From positions 1,035 through 65,034 of the forward strand of contig MHTL01000012.1 in the NCBI GenBank assembly GCA_001823095.1: a stretch of 64,000 nucleotides of DNA. The letters are read 5' to 3'. The translations under genes were made by a program, and so were the position numbers. This DNA is from Candidatus Vogelbacteria bacterium RIFOXYD1_FULL_51_18. Its GTDB lineage: Bacteria > Patescibacteriota > Minisyncoccia > Phycocordibacterales > UBA9988. Below the pieces are notes generated by a model. The model had not been told where the DNA came from, made no database searches, and saw nothing but the letters and a program-made list of their open reading frames with translations. Below, in pieces: positions 49,957 through 59,676 of this stretch (position 1 is its first letter; each line of letters starts with the position of its first letter).

Positions 49957-51336
49957 CTATTTAATGTCTTTGAGAAAAATTGAAGTCTTAAACACACCAC
50001 TATCTTTTGTTGTTGCGAATACAACATATCCACCAACAGATTCATCTTCAATCGTAAACAAAGATTCTATAGATGTTGGTAAATTACTCTCGAACTTTGT
50101 CCAGGTATGTGCGTTATCTATACTAACCAAGAGTAAATTTTGACCATACTCTTTACTACCTATAACAAATACCACATCTTCAAGTGCAGTTCTTTCCTTA
50201 ATATTAAATTCTTCTTTTTCTTCGTTGTCATAACAATCATAGGTTTTAATGTCGTTGTCATTATGTGAGTAGACAAAAATGTGGGTTGGAGAAACTCCCA
50301 AATCTTCTAAAGAGTTTTCTAAAATCCAATGACCTCCTCTATTTAGGCAGGTTTTGACAAGTAACTTGCTACTTAAACTAATATTCGCATATATATGTGG
50401 AATGCCTTTTTGTGAGTATGCAACTTCCGCGCCAGAATTAAGTGGATGAGGTCCAAATTTTTCTAAAATAGACTCGAGAAGATCATCTTTTTCGCAACCC
50501 ATAAAATCCTCCCAGCAAGAATAGATTGTTCTATCAGTATGAAGCCACGTCGGCCAAGTATTTTGTGTCAAGAGAGAAACAACAGATTCAGAATTGATAA
50601 CGCGAGCTTTCTCCCCGTTGGATAATGTTCTTTCTTGCAAAAAATCTATTTTCTTGGCTCTCACTATGTCGTATGTTATATCGTCATCTTCGATAGCTTT
50701 CCCCAAAAGCCTATTCGTCTCTTCTCGATTATTTTTATTAATTTCTTTTTGATCTTTATAAAGACTCTCGAAAAATGATTTGATATATGCTCGCGTTTCT
50801 TGCTGTGGCTCAGCAAAAAATCCGATGCCAGTTGATATAGAATAGATTATTGGATCTTTTGTAATGCCATAATCTGCTAAGTGAATTTTTTCATAACGAT
50901 TTTCCCTTGAATATGGTGTTAGGGCAATGTCCGCCATTCCTGTCCCCACGAGTATCCAATTATTCCCCCCATCTAAACTTTCAAACACGTCGCCTACACC
51001 CAATGCAAATATGGCTTTTGCATATGGAGCGTGGACTATTTTTCTAATCTCTGGTAATGGATTTGGTAAACCATTATTTATTGCAACCCAGCTTACCCCT
51101 TTGTCTATACTTTTAAAAATTCCCGTATCCGTTCCGGCATAAAGAATGGATTGATTGTTTACATCAGCAATAACAGTATTCACAGAAAGAGTGGTTAATC
51201 CAGTATTGGATTGTTCCCAAACTACGGTTTTATTAGTAGAAGTTTTTTGTGAAAATATAACAGCCAAAATTATCACCAACAAGACGGCTCCGATGATAAG
51301 ATGCTTTTTTGTAAATTTTATATTATTTTCAATCAT
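49957..51336 (-). CDS. Membrane-anchored protein with BNR/Asp-box repeats
   Basis: 459 aa with an N-terminal TM helix and SxDxGxxW boxes (SIDKGVSW, SLDGGNNW). The C-terminal half is unknown. Confidence 0.45.
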   Translation of the reverse strand: MIENNIKFTKKHLIIGAVLLVIILAVIFSQKTSTNKTVVWEQSNTGLTTLSVNTVIADVNNQSILYAGTDTGIFKSIDKGVSWVAINNGLPNPLPEIRKIVHAPYAKAIFALGVGDVFESLDGGNNWILVGTGMADIALTPYSRENRYEKIHLADYGITKDPIIYSISTGIGFFAEPQQETRAYIKSFFESLYKDQKEINKNNREETNRLLGKAIEDDDITYDIVRAKKIDFLQERTLSNGEKARVINSESVVSLLTQNTWPTWLHTDRTIYSCWEDFMGCEKDDLLESILEKFGPHPLNSGAEVAYSQKGIPHIYANISLSSKLLVKTCLNRGGHWILENSLEDLGVSPTHIFVYSHNDNDIKTYDCYDNEEKEEFNIKERTALEDVVFVIGSKEYGQNLLLVSIDNAHTWTKFESNLPTSIESLFTIEDESVGGYVVFATTKDSGVFKTSIFLKDIK

Positions 51337-51349
51337 ATTTTTATAAAAG

Positions 51350-51571
51350 TTATTTTATAAAATATCCAACCTCTTTTTTATAAAGTGCAGCAAACTTCCT
51401 TATCTCAACAATATCTAGCCTTTGTTCGCCCGCCTCGGACTTTGAAATATAAGATTGAGGACGCTTCAATTTCTTTGCGGCTTCAACTTGCGTAAAACCT
51501 GCCTCTAAGCGGGCATTCTTCAATTTTAACGCAAAATTCTGATATTCCTTTGTTCTTATTGAACTACCCAT
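51350..51571 (-). CDS. XRE-family helix-turn-helix transcriptional regulator
   Basis: 73 aa, LKNARLEAGFTQVEAAKKLKRPQSYISKSEAGEQRLDIVEI. Confidence 0.7.
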   Translation of the reverse strand: MGSSIRTKEYQNFALKLKNARLEAGFTQVEAAKKLKRPQSYISKSEAGEQRLDIVEIRKFAALYKKEVGYFIK

Positions 51572-51636
51572 ATATTAACAGTTTATATTCACAAAGGCAA
51601 TATTCAAAGTTAGAATAATGTGCTATGCTTAATTTA

Positions 51637-51830
51637 TGATAGCCGCCGAATTTCCGAAAACCCCCAGTCCGAAACCCGCCCGCATTCCTCCCCAGACCCC
51701 TCCTGCGGGCGGGACGGAAGCCGAGGCAGGGCGAATCCATATCCCCAGACAAATGTTTCGCCCTGCCGAGTCCGCATTAGTTTTCAGGGTTCTCCGTAAA
51801 ATGGGTTCTGACTTTTTCAAACAAACACCA
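51637..51830 (-). repeat. 194-bp perfect inverted repeat, right copy
   Basis: Reverse complement equals 49397-49590. Confidence 0.85.
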
Positions 51831-51983
51831 GAATTAAAGTCAGGTCATTTTTAGAAATTTTTTCTTTGGCGTTCGCCAAAGAAAGCCAATGGTTTTGGGC
51901 AATTCCGAACGCTCCGCGTTTTTTTAAGGTGAGGTTCAAAAATTCAAAAGCCGAAGATTTTTGGAGGGAGATTTTTTTGGAGG
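51826..51983 (-). repeat. Inverted duplicate of the recombinase gene 3' end (attP-arm-like)
   Basis: Reverse complement matches 63409-63557 except for a ~10-bp indel. It joins the 194-bp repeat at the same CTGGTG where the recombinase gene meets tmRNA. Confidence 0.7.
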
Positions 51984-52098
51984 GGAGGTCGAAGACGAAT
52001 ACATAACACTTGCCCCACCCTTCCCGTGCGCGTGTTAAAAACTTTTGCCGACTTGGAGATCGGCAAACTCCCTAAAAACAAGCAAGCAACTGATATAT

Positions 52099-55000
52099 CT
52101 AAACTATACTTTCCCTCAATATGTATCCGACAACAGAACCTTTTGCTATTAAGAAATCTAGTATCACTAACACATCTTGTTTTAACTTTTTGGTCTCTCT
52201 TATTTTTGTACGATTTTTATAAATATACTTTCTGATAAGATTTTCTATATAGAAAAGCGTGTTTACCTCAAGTTTGGCAGTAAATAAGTTTTTATTTTTT
52301 ACTAACATACCTGATATCCACTGTACGCCATCCTCCATATAGGTACTCCCGATATCATTTAGTAGTTTTGAAATTGCATAGAGGGTTGAGGCACATTGTC
52401 CAATATTCTCCGAAATTTCTTTAAAAAATCTTTTATCACTATCTTTGAATGTATGCCATTCGGTCGCAGATTCTTTCCACGGATTTTGAGCAAAAAGATA
52501 ACTTTTAATAATTTTATCAACGTACCAATATCCATCTCCCTTTTTACAAAGCTCAATTATTTTCTCGTTAAATATTCTCCAAACTTCCCAAAATATCTCA
52601 TAAGAGTTTAAATAATCCTCAGCAGATATAAATTCCTCAAATAAATCAGCGATTGCCTCTGAACTATTAAATTTATCAAGAAATGGTTGAAGGTATTCTT
52701 GAATTTCTTCTTTTGAAGAACTCAAGACGAGATAGGCTAGTTTTTCTAAAAAACCATGCTTTGTCGCATAATCAACTCTGTCCTCTCTGTCATTTGAAAT
52801 TAATTTTTCAGCAAAAGCAAAGATGGTTTTTTTGACTACTATTTTATGCTCCTCATTTTTAGTTTTTAGAGGAATCAATTGGAAAGCTGTTTTTAATGTG
52901 TATAAATCTATCTGCTCAATATCTCCAACGTCACCAATTAACAATTGATTGTTTTGGATTTTCTCTAAATACACTTTATTTTCTTCCAAGAATCTTTTCA
53001 TTGCATCACTATCTTGTATATCGTACTGATTCTTTATATATTTTTCTTGGCGTATTTTTTCTCTTAACTCATCAAATTTTGGTTTCAAATATAAGTAGCC
53101 AAACAATAATGACTGAGCATCATCAAAATTGGTACTCCATAGCTTGTGAATAGCCGTGATTGAAAATACGTTAAAACTTGTACCAGCCATATCAATGGGA
53201 TAATAGTTAAACAAATTAAACAACAAAATTTCTTTTATCTTTCCTTTTTCTTTCGGAAATTTCTCAAATAGAACTGGCAATACCGAAATTGCCGATTGCG
53301 CACCATCAGTTACCTGATATTGATAGTTAGGGCCGGAAGACGAAGACACGGCTTCTAAAACAATATCGGCGCAAAATTCGCCTTCCTCTTTTGAAAGCTT
53401 ATCAAGAAAATCTCTAATCATGACAGAGCAGACTTCTGAGGGGATAGAATGATTTAAAAGGTAAAAACTTTCTTCTTCCGAGTGCTGAAGTTTTAATGAT
53501 TCAGGTTTTTTAACAGTTTTTAATTTTGCAATGATCTCTTCAACTTCCTTAAGCGGAAGCTTGGGATCGTCCTCATATTTATTATACTGCTTGTATTTTT
53601 CGTCATTTCTGAGCCTGAAATTTGCCCATAATTTTAATTGCAGGTATTTAGATGATTCGGAATTCTTTTCTAAAGATTTCTCGCTGTATTCTTTTAATTT
53701 CGGATCAATTTGAGGATTAAAATTAATCAAATATCCGTCATCAGTTTTTTCTGAGACAAGATTCATTTTCCTTCTATCCATTCTTGCCAAGTAAAGTCTC
53801 CACGTTTTGTCTGATTCGGTTTCTACCGATGGATCGGGTAACTTTTTGTAATAATCGTCCAATATTTCCCACAGAATCTTTTGTCTGTTCTTTGATTCCT
53901 CCTCATCAACTTCTTCACTTCTAAATAATTGGTAATTTAGAAATACATTCTCTAAAGACCATTTTCTATGCTTGTCATCACAGGTTTTTAACCTCTCCTC
54001 TTCGTGAATTTCATTTTTTGAATTGATACCAAAACTTGCTCTTAAAGACAGAAGTGAACTTTTTTGACCTTGGTCTAAAACTAACCTGCTAGTGTCATAA
54101 AGAAAAAAGTCTTTTGTTCTAAAAAGAATTTTAGCCACATTAAAAGTCTTTTCGGGATAAGCCGACACAACACTTGCAACCACGCCTGAGATAGAAGCTG
54201 ATTTTGAATTTCTAATTAGATACAAAAGCCAGCTTTCCAAAGTCTTTGAATCAGTAACCTTTCCAATTTCAAGGAAATACCTTTCTAAGGCCATGTGCAT
54301 TGATTCTAGGACGTGAGGAGCAACCTGCGTACCTCTGAACGCGCACCAAAGCCGACAGCTTATGTATTGTTTTATTGGCTTATCTTTTTCAATAAAGACC
54401 TCAACTTCTTCAACTTCATATTTAGCAAATTCAGATTTGGCAAAGTATTCTACTGCTTTATTTGTAAATTTTAATATGAAATCTATTGTTTCTTGGAGCG
54501 AAGATTGGAGCAGCCAATAAATTGGAGTCTGATATGAGCTAGCCGGAAAATAATCTAAATGATCATCTTCCATGTCAAAATGTTCCGCAATGTCTATCCC
54601 AGAACGACCGGAGAAGTGATCTTCTTTTGGCGTGAACGACCAAAATAAATCTGCTAATTCCAAAACATATTTAGGAAAAGTCTTGGCAATAGTGACCCCT
54701 TCAAATTTTGTCAAAATAATTTCAGATAAATCAACATAAGGGTCTCTGTGTCTTTTCCACTTATTCTTTACAATTTCTTTAAAAATTCCCTCTAGTTGGC
54801 CTTTAATCTCTAGGGAGCTATAAAGAATTGTCTGCAAGAGCTTATCTTTAGTACCATCGTCAGAAATATGGACGTCTTCTTTAATAGTCCATTGGTAGTA
54901 TTTCAGTGCCATTAAGCCAGAATATTTTGTCGTTTCTCCTTCCTTAAATTTACTAGTCCAATCGTGGATTATCGGCAAGATAAAATGGATATTTCTAATA

Positions 55001-56907
55001 CCAACTTGATCAAAGTTTTCAAAAACAAATTTAATAAGACTTTCCCATCCTTGTCCTTTCGGCCTCGTCAAAATATATTTGAGGGAAAAGATATTTAAAT
55101 TTTTAACTCCTAGCTGTTTAAAAAAGTCATCATCAACTTCCTTGCAGGCAATTCTTAAAAGGAAAAACATTTTGTGCAACAAGCTTTCTTCGTATTTATA
55201 GTTAACGGTTAAAGATTGCGCGACTTTGGATGAATTGTCATACTTGACTACTTTTTCTGGGATACTTAGTAATTCGTTTTTAAAGAATTCAAAGAATACA
55301 GAGGAGAAATCGGAAAGTAAAACAGAAACCAATATTTCATCTTTCCAAAAAGATTCTACCCCATTATTCTTTACAGCCTCTTCAATAAAGGTTTTTATCT
55401 CTTCGTTCTGTAGCAACAACTTTTCCGATACCCATTTTCTAAAAGCACGGCGCAAAGGCAAAGAACTGCCCAGATTTTGGAAAAAAGTTTTAGTGTCGGT
55501 CTTTTTCCCAAATTCAATTTGAATATTTTTTTCCAACGCCCACTCCTCATAGATATCATGAGTAATGAAATAGCCATGCGGCGATTCATATCCTAAAATC
55601 CCGTCCTTCTTTAACTCATTATCCAGAATTTCTGATTCACAATCTGGATTAATAAAGAACTGTCCATCGGTTGCCCTCTGCAATGCCATCTTTAAAAAGC
55701 ATTGTTCTCTTGCAGGTTTAGATTTAATAATTATTTTATTCCATAATTTGTCTTTAAAATCCGTATAGTTTATTTGCTCACCCTCCTTGTAAATCTTCAA
55801 ATACTCGTTTAAGTAAAATGGATTTCTAACAAGGTCTAGTAATTTTTCGTCACTCGGAAGAGAAAACTTATATGTCTCAGAAAGTTTACTTAGCTCCTTT
55901 GCTTCCAAATTTTGGATATTGATATTTAAAGGGGCAATTCCATAAATCTCAAAAAACTGATAGTTTAAATCTTCTAGATAATTATCTCTTGTAGTAAAAA
56001 TAACTTTCCAATTTTCCTTAACCACAATAGATAAAAACTCCTTAAAGGGGTCGGTGTTTTTCAAATCCAACAATTTTTCTGCGGAATCAATTGCAATAAT
56101 TTTATCGCCATCATTTTTATGCCCATCTAAAAAATCCTGAAAACTATACCCTGTAAAGAATTCACTTAGATTTCTCAGCTCAAATTCGGTTGCTTTGAAA
56201 ATATAGAAAGGTATCTTGCCTTTCGTTTCTTCATAGAAGTCTTTAATGACCGCTGTCTTTCCAACTCCACCAACACCACTCAAGATCAATACCTTATCTA
56301 GGCTAGTTTTTATTTTCTCCAAATTACCACTCCTGTCTATCTTTATATTTTGACCATTAAAGGCGATGGTCGTTTGTATCTCGCTTAATATATTCTCCGA
56401 ATGATCCTGTTGATTTTTTATTAGGTCAAATATACTTTTGTCTAAACTAAAAAAATGTTTAGCTATTATTTCGTTATCAACCGATACAAAAGTAGATTCA
56501 AAAAAACTTGCAGTTCTCCATTCTAACTTAATGCCAAGCGTATTCGCCTTACCCTCTACGTCTTTCTTCCCTTGAGGTTCTTTGCCTTTATTTTGTACCC
56601 ACTCCTCGTTAGTATATAAAATTAGCTTTGTAATATTTGTGTAATCTCTCTTTGCCTTTTCAAGGACACCAATCAGCTCAGTCGTATGGTTTGACAATGA
56701 TGTACTGTAAAACTTAGCTTGCCAACCTATCACTTCTTCTTTTTCTTGAACAGTATCTGTCTCTATGGCAGATTGATTTTTATAACGAAAAATTCCAACA
56801 ATTTTATTGAACTCTCTGCAAAATAATGAGTAACAAAACCACTCAAAATTGTTTTGAGGATTTTCGCTAAATTTCGCCTTAAAGATGTTCCAACTTGGCT
56901 TAATCAT
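52099..56907 (-). CDS. Giant STAND/NB-ARC-like P-loop NTPase (1602 aa) with N-terminal ~200-aa domain and long C-terminal helical repeat region; candidate Avs-like antiphage protein
   Basis: Walker A VLILSGVGGVGKTAV (aa ~216-229) and a Walker B-like KIIAIDSAE motif, then >1200 aa of alpha-helical repeat-like sequence. The N-terminus has a D...QxK patch (AIETD...VIGWQAKF). It sits 74 nt downstream of Type III res on the same strand, and a 14-codon uORF overlaps the start (ATGA). Confidence 0.55.
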   Translation of the reverse strand: MIKPSWNIFKAKFSENPQNNFEWFCYSLFCREFNKIVGIFRYKNQSAIETDTVQEKEEVIGWQAKFYSTSLSNHTTELIGVLEKAKRDYTNITKLILYTNEEWVQNKGKEPQGKKDVEGKANTLGIKLEWRTASFFESTFVSVDNEIIAKHFFSLDKSIFDLIKNQQDHSENILSEIQTTIAFNGQNIKIDRSGNLEKIKTSLDKVLILSGVGGVGKTAVIKDFYEETKGKIPFYIFKATEFELRNLSEFFTGYSFQDFLDGHKNDGDKIIAIDSAEKLLDLKNTDPFKEFLSIVVKENWKVIFTTRDNYLEDLNYQFFEIYGIAPLNINIQNLEAKELSKLSETYKFSLPSDEKLLDLVRNPFYLNEYLKIYKEGEQINYTDFKDKLWNKIIIKSKPAREQCFLKMALQRATDGQFFINPDCESEILDNELKKDGILGYESPHGYFITHDIYEEWALEKNIQIEFGKKTDTKTFFQNLGSSLPLRRAFRKWVSEKLLLQNEEIKTFIEEAVKNNGVESFWKDEILVSVLLSDFSSVFFEFFKNELLSIPEKVVKYDNSSKVAQSLTVNYKYEESLLHKMFFLLRIACKEVDDDFFKQLGVKNLNIFSLKYILTRPKGQGWESLIKFVFENFDQVGIRNIHFILPIIHDWTSKFKEGETTKYSGLMALKYYQWTIKEDVHISDDGTKDKLLQTILYSSLEIKGQLEGIFKEIVKNKWKRHRDPYVDLSEIILTKFEGVTIAKTFPKYVLELADLFWSFTPKEDHFSGRSGIDIAEHFDMEDDHLDYFPASSYQTPIYWLLQSSLQETIDFILKFTNKAVEYFAKSEFAKYEVEEVEVFIEKDKPIKQYISCRLWCAFRGTQVAPHVLESMHMALERYFLEIGKVTDSKTLESWLLYLIRNSKSASISGVVASVVSAYPEKTFNVAKILFRTKDFFLYDTSRLVLDQGQKSSLLSLRASFGINSKNEIHEEERLKTCDDKHRKWSLENVFLNYQLFRSEEVDEEESKNRQKILWEILDDYYKKLPDPSVETESDKTWRLYLARMDRRKMNLVSEKTDDGYLINFNPQIDPKLKEYSEKSLEKNSESSKYLQLKLWANFRLRNDEKYKQYNKYEDDPKLPLKEVEEIIAKLKTVKKPESLKLQHSEEESFYLLNHSIPSEVCSVMIRDFLDKLSKEEGEFCADIVLEAVSSSSGPNYQYQVTDGAQSAISVLPVLFEKFPKEKGKIKEILLFNLFNYYPIDMAGTSFNVFSITAIHKLWSTNFDDAQSLLFGYLYLKPKFDELREKIRQEKYIKNQYDIQDSDAMKRFLEENKVYLEKIQNNQLLIGDVGDIEQIDLYTLKTAFQLIPLKTKNEEHKIVVKKTIFAFAEKLISNDREDRVDYATKHGFLEKLAYLVLSSSKEEIQEYLQPFLDKFNSSEAIADLFEEFISAEDYLNSYEIFWEVWRIFNEKIIELCKKGDGYWYVDKIIKSYLFAQNPWKESATEWHTFKDSDKRFFKEISENIGQCASTLYAISKLLNDIGSTYMEDGVQWISGMLVKNKNLFTAKLEVNTLFYIENLIRKYIYKNRTKIRETKKLKQDVLVILDFLIAKGSVVGYILRESIV

Positions 56908-56981
56908 TGTAATTTTCTTAGGTTTTGGGAGAGTTCCATTTTTTCCATTCTGAACCTCTTTAATACGAATTATTCATAAAT

Positions 56982-59675
56982 TTATTTCTTATCAAATACC
57001 CTCACGACCTCATCAAAGTTTTTGAGTTTATCTTTTTCCCATTCTTCTTGTTTTATATAAAGTGCTTTATAGACAACCCGATTTTGGCGATCGTTCACAT
57101 CTACACACCACTTTTGCAGTCTTTCAAATTTCAACTTATCATTTTCTTCTTCTCGTCCTTTTGTTTCAATAATATATACAGTTTTTTCGTCTTTTTTAAC
57201 AAAGAAGTCTGGATAGTAGGTGGCGATAAACCCTTCCGAATTTTTATACTCAATTCTAAGCGCGCTCGCTTCCTTGTTTTGAAAGTTTTTTGCGAAAGAA
57301 ATTACATCATCACAATTTTCAAGAAAATCCGAAAATACCAATTCAAAATCACTATCCCCAACAATCTTATTGAAAACTGATTTTTTAGGTATTAAATATG
57401 ATTTGTCATTAACAACAAAAGGTCTTGCTTCGCTGATTTTTATATAGTTCTTTATTTCCGTATCGCCCTTGTCCTCTACAGTGAGATCATTGATAGCTTT
57501 TTTGAAAGAATCTTTAATGAGCCTTATATATTCAACTTCTGATAAGTTTCTCAAGGTATTGAGGTCTGACAAATTCACAGGACTATCAAACATATTATTT
57601 TGCAAAAACTCTCTTACTTTGCCGAATAAAATATCGTAGCAACCAAACAATCGTAGCTCTCGCATTATTGCTTGCGCAAAAAACCCGACAACGCTTTGAT
57701 AATCTGGCTCTATGTCTCCAGAAAGTATTGTTGTATGGTGAGTTTTTTCACCAACAACATCTTTAAAAACAATTTCTCGTTTTTCTTCCTCCGAAAATAT
57801 TTTAACCTTTACTTTTTTATTTCCAAACTTAGACACATCCAACTCGGCAAGATTTTTGTATTCTCGCTGAATTCTAGGGGACATTACCGGAATCTCAATA
57901 TCAAGTTTCTCAATATCTTTATTCGGATTATCTTTATCAACCTCAATAACCATCGGAGCTATTGGCTTAGCTCCTATTCCCATGGCTTTCTTCTCAAGAA
58001 TAACGCCCTCGCCTTTGATTGACTCAACAAAGTCCATAAAAGCGGGAGTTCCAACAACACTCACATACTCCTCAACATCATCTCTGCCAAAAAACATTCT
58101 GCGGAGTCCTCGCCCGAGAGTTTGTTCAGGAAGAATTTTTGAATCGGCGGCGTATGGTCGTAGCCCAACGATTGTCGTTACATTTTTTACATCCCAACCC
58201 TCTTTGAGCATCATTACAGAAATAATCACCTTGAAAGGACTTTCCCAACTATCAATTTCGTTTGCCTGTTTTCTAAGCAAATCCAATTCTTCTCTGCTTT
58301 TGCCAGATACACTTTCAGAAATTTCACCACTTTTATTTGTGTGAATGGTCAAAACCGCGCCTTTCAGTTCCTTAAAACTTGTTTCAATATAACCTGCCAC
58401 CTCATCACAGTTCTTTGTATCGTCTGTCATAATAAAAAGAATAGATTTCTTGCCCATCGGTTTTAACGCCTCGTATGTTTTTTGCCATTCTTCAATACCA
58501 AGATTTATATAATCTCTGTATTTTTCGCTAAATAGCGTGCTTTGATTTTCTTTTAACTTTCCTCGGCTCGCCGCGTCTGGCACAACCGGATTTTTTACCA
58601 CTCTTTGATGGATTGCTTCAACAAGCGGATAATCCGAAATTGTTTGCACAAAAATAGAGCCGTCATTCTTTTTTGGCGTAGCTGTCAAATCAATTTGCAA
58701 GGATAGTTTCGTTCCTTTTTGTTTTAGGCGATTATCTATGTCCGTAATAGATTTAACCCAAGCTGATTTGTCATCGTGCAAGTGATGTGCTTCGTCATTG
58801 ATTACAATAAGTTCGTCAATATCCCTCACAATCATTCCCAGATCAACAGTAGAATCGCTTGTTTTCGTAACTGGCTTATCACCCAAGAAATATGCAGAAG
58901 TATCCTCGTCTTCTATGCTTGAATCTTTTATATCACCCTCGAAAACTCTGTGGATATTAGTCAAAAATATATTTCCAGTATCAGAAACATTACGCAAATC
59001 ATCTTGCAAGTGCAAAGTCATTTGAAAATCATCTTGCCAGTTTTGCCCTTGGTATCCATTCTCCGGCAGAACAGGGTCGCTAAAAAATATCTTCAATCCC
59101 TCAAAATCATGTTTTATCCTTTCAAAAACGATGACATTCGGGGTTATTAAAAGAAAATTCTTTGCCAAATTAGAATCTTCCTCATATTTTTTATGAAAAT
59201 ACGCCCATGCGACAATCAAACTCATTACCTTTGTTTTACCTGCGCCTGTCGCCATTTTTATTACAAAACGAAGCCACTCCTCGGTAAACATTTGTGGGCT
59301 TAATACGCCGGTAGAATTGTAGCGAATGAGGTCGTATTTATCTTTTACTTTTGCTACTTCATAAAGCCAAATGACTGTTTCTAGTGCCTCTCTCTGTGCG
59401 AAATAGTATTTGAAATGAGAAGATACTCCTTGCTGGTCATACAAAATATGTTCTTCCTTAAACCACCAGTTCAAAAGTGATTTTGAAGTATCGCTCGCTC
59501 CATCATAATTTTTATCTCGCCATTCTTTTACTTTTTCTCGTAAACCAGCAACAAGAGGAGGTAAGAGTTTTTGAATAGCTCCCTTTTCTCTCAAATCTTC
59601 GTCAGCAGGAAACCACCGAATGTTCGGGTCAAGTATTGCGTATGGGTCTTTGGGAAAATCTTTATGGAGTGCCAT
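56982..59675 (-). CDS. res: Type III restriction enzyme Res subunit (DEAD/DEAH helicase + endonuclease)
   Basis: Walker A MATGAGKTKV and DEAH box (VINDEAHHL). 897 aa. The upstream mod stop lies 1 nt from the ATG. Confidence 0.8.
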   Translation of the reverse strand: MALHKDFPKDPYAILDPNIRWFPADEDLREKGAIQKLLPPLVAGLREKVKEWRDKNYDGASDTSKSLLNWWFKEEHILYDQQGVSSHFKYYFAQREALETVIWLYEVAKVKDKYDLIRYNSTGVLSPQMFTEEWLRFVIKMATGAGKTKVMSLIVAWAYFHKKYEEDSNLAKNFLLITPNVIVFERIKHDFEGLKIFFSDPVLPENGYQGQNWQDDFQMTLHLQDDLRNVSDTGNIFLTNIHRVFEGDIKDSSIEDEDTSAYFLGDKPVTKTSDSTVDLGMIVRDIDELIVINDEAHHLHDDKSAWVKSITDIDNRLKQKGTKLSLQIDLTATPKKNDGSIFVQTISDYPLVEAIHQRVVKNPVVPDAASRGKLKENQSTLFSEKYRDYINLGIEEWQKTYEALKPMGKKSILFIMTDDTKNCDEVAGYIETSFKELKGAVLTIHTNKSGEISESVSGKSREELDLLRKQANEIDSWESPFKVIISVMMLKEGWDVKNVTTIVGLRPYAADSKILPEQTLGRGLRRMFFGRDDVEEYVSVVGTPAFMDFVESIKGEGVILEKKAMGIGAKPIAPMVIEVDKDNPNKDIEKLDIEIPVMSPRIQREYKNLAELDVSKFGNKKVKVKIFSEEEKREIVFKDVVGEKTHHTTILSGDIEPDYQSVVGFFAQAIMRELRLFGCYDILFGKVREFLQNNMFDSPVNLSDLNTLRNLSEVEYIRLIKDSFKKAINDLTVEDKGDTEIKNYIKISEARPFVVNDKSYLIPKKSVFNKIVGDSDFELVFSDFLENCDDVISFAKNFQNKEASALRIEYKNSEGFIATYYPDFFVKKDEKTVYIIETKGREEENDKLKFERLQKWCVDVNDRQNRVVYKALYIKQEEWEKDKLKNFDEVVRVFDKK

Positions 59676-59676
59676 G

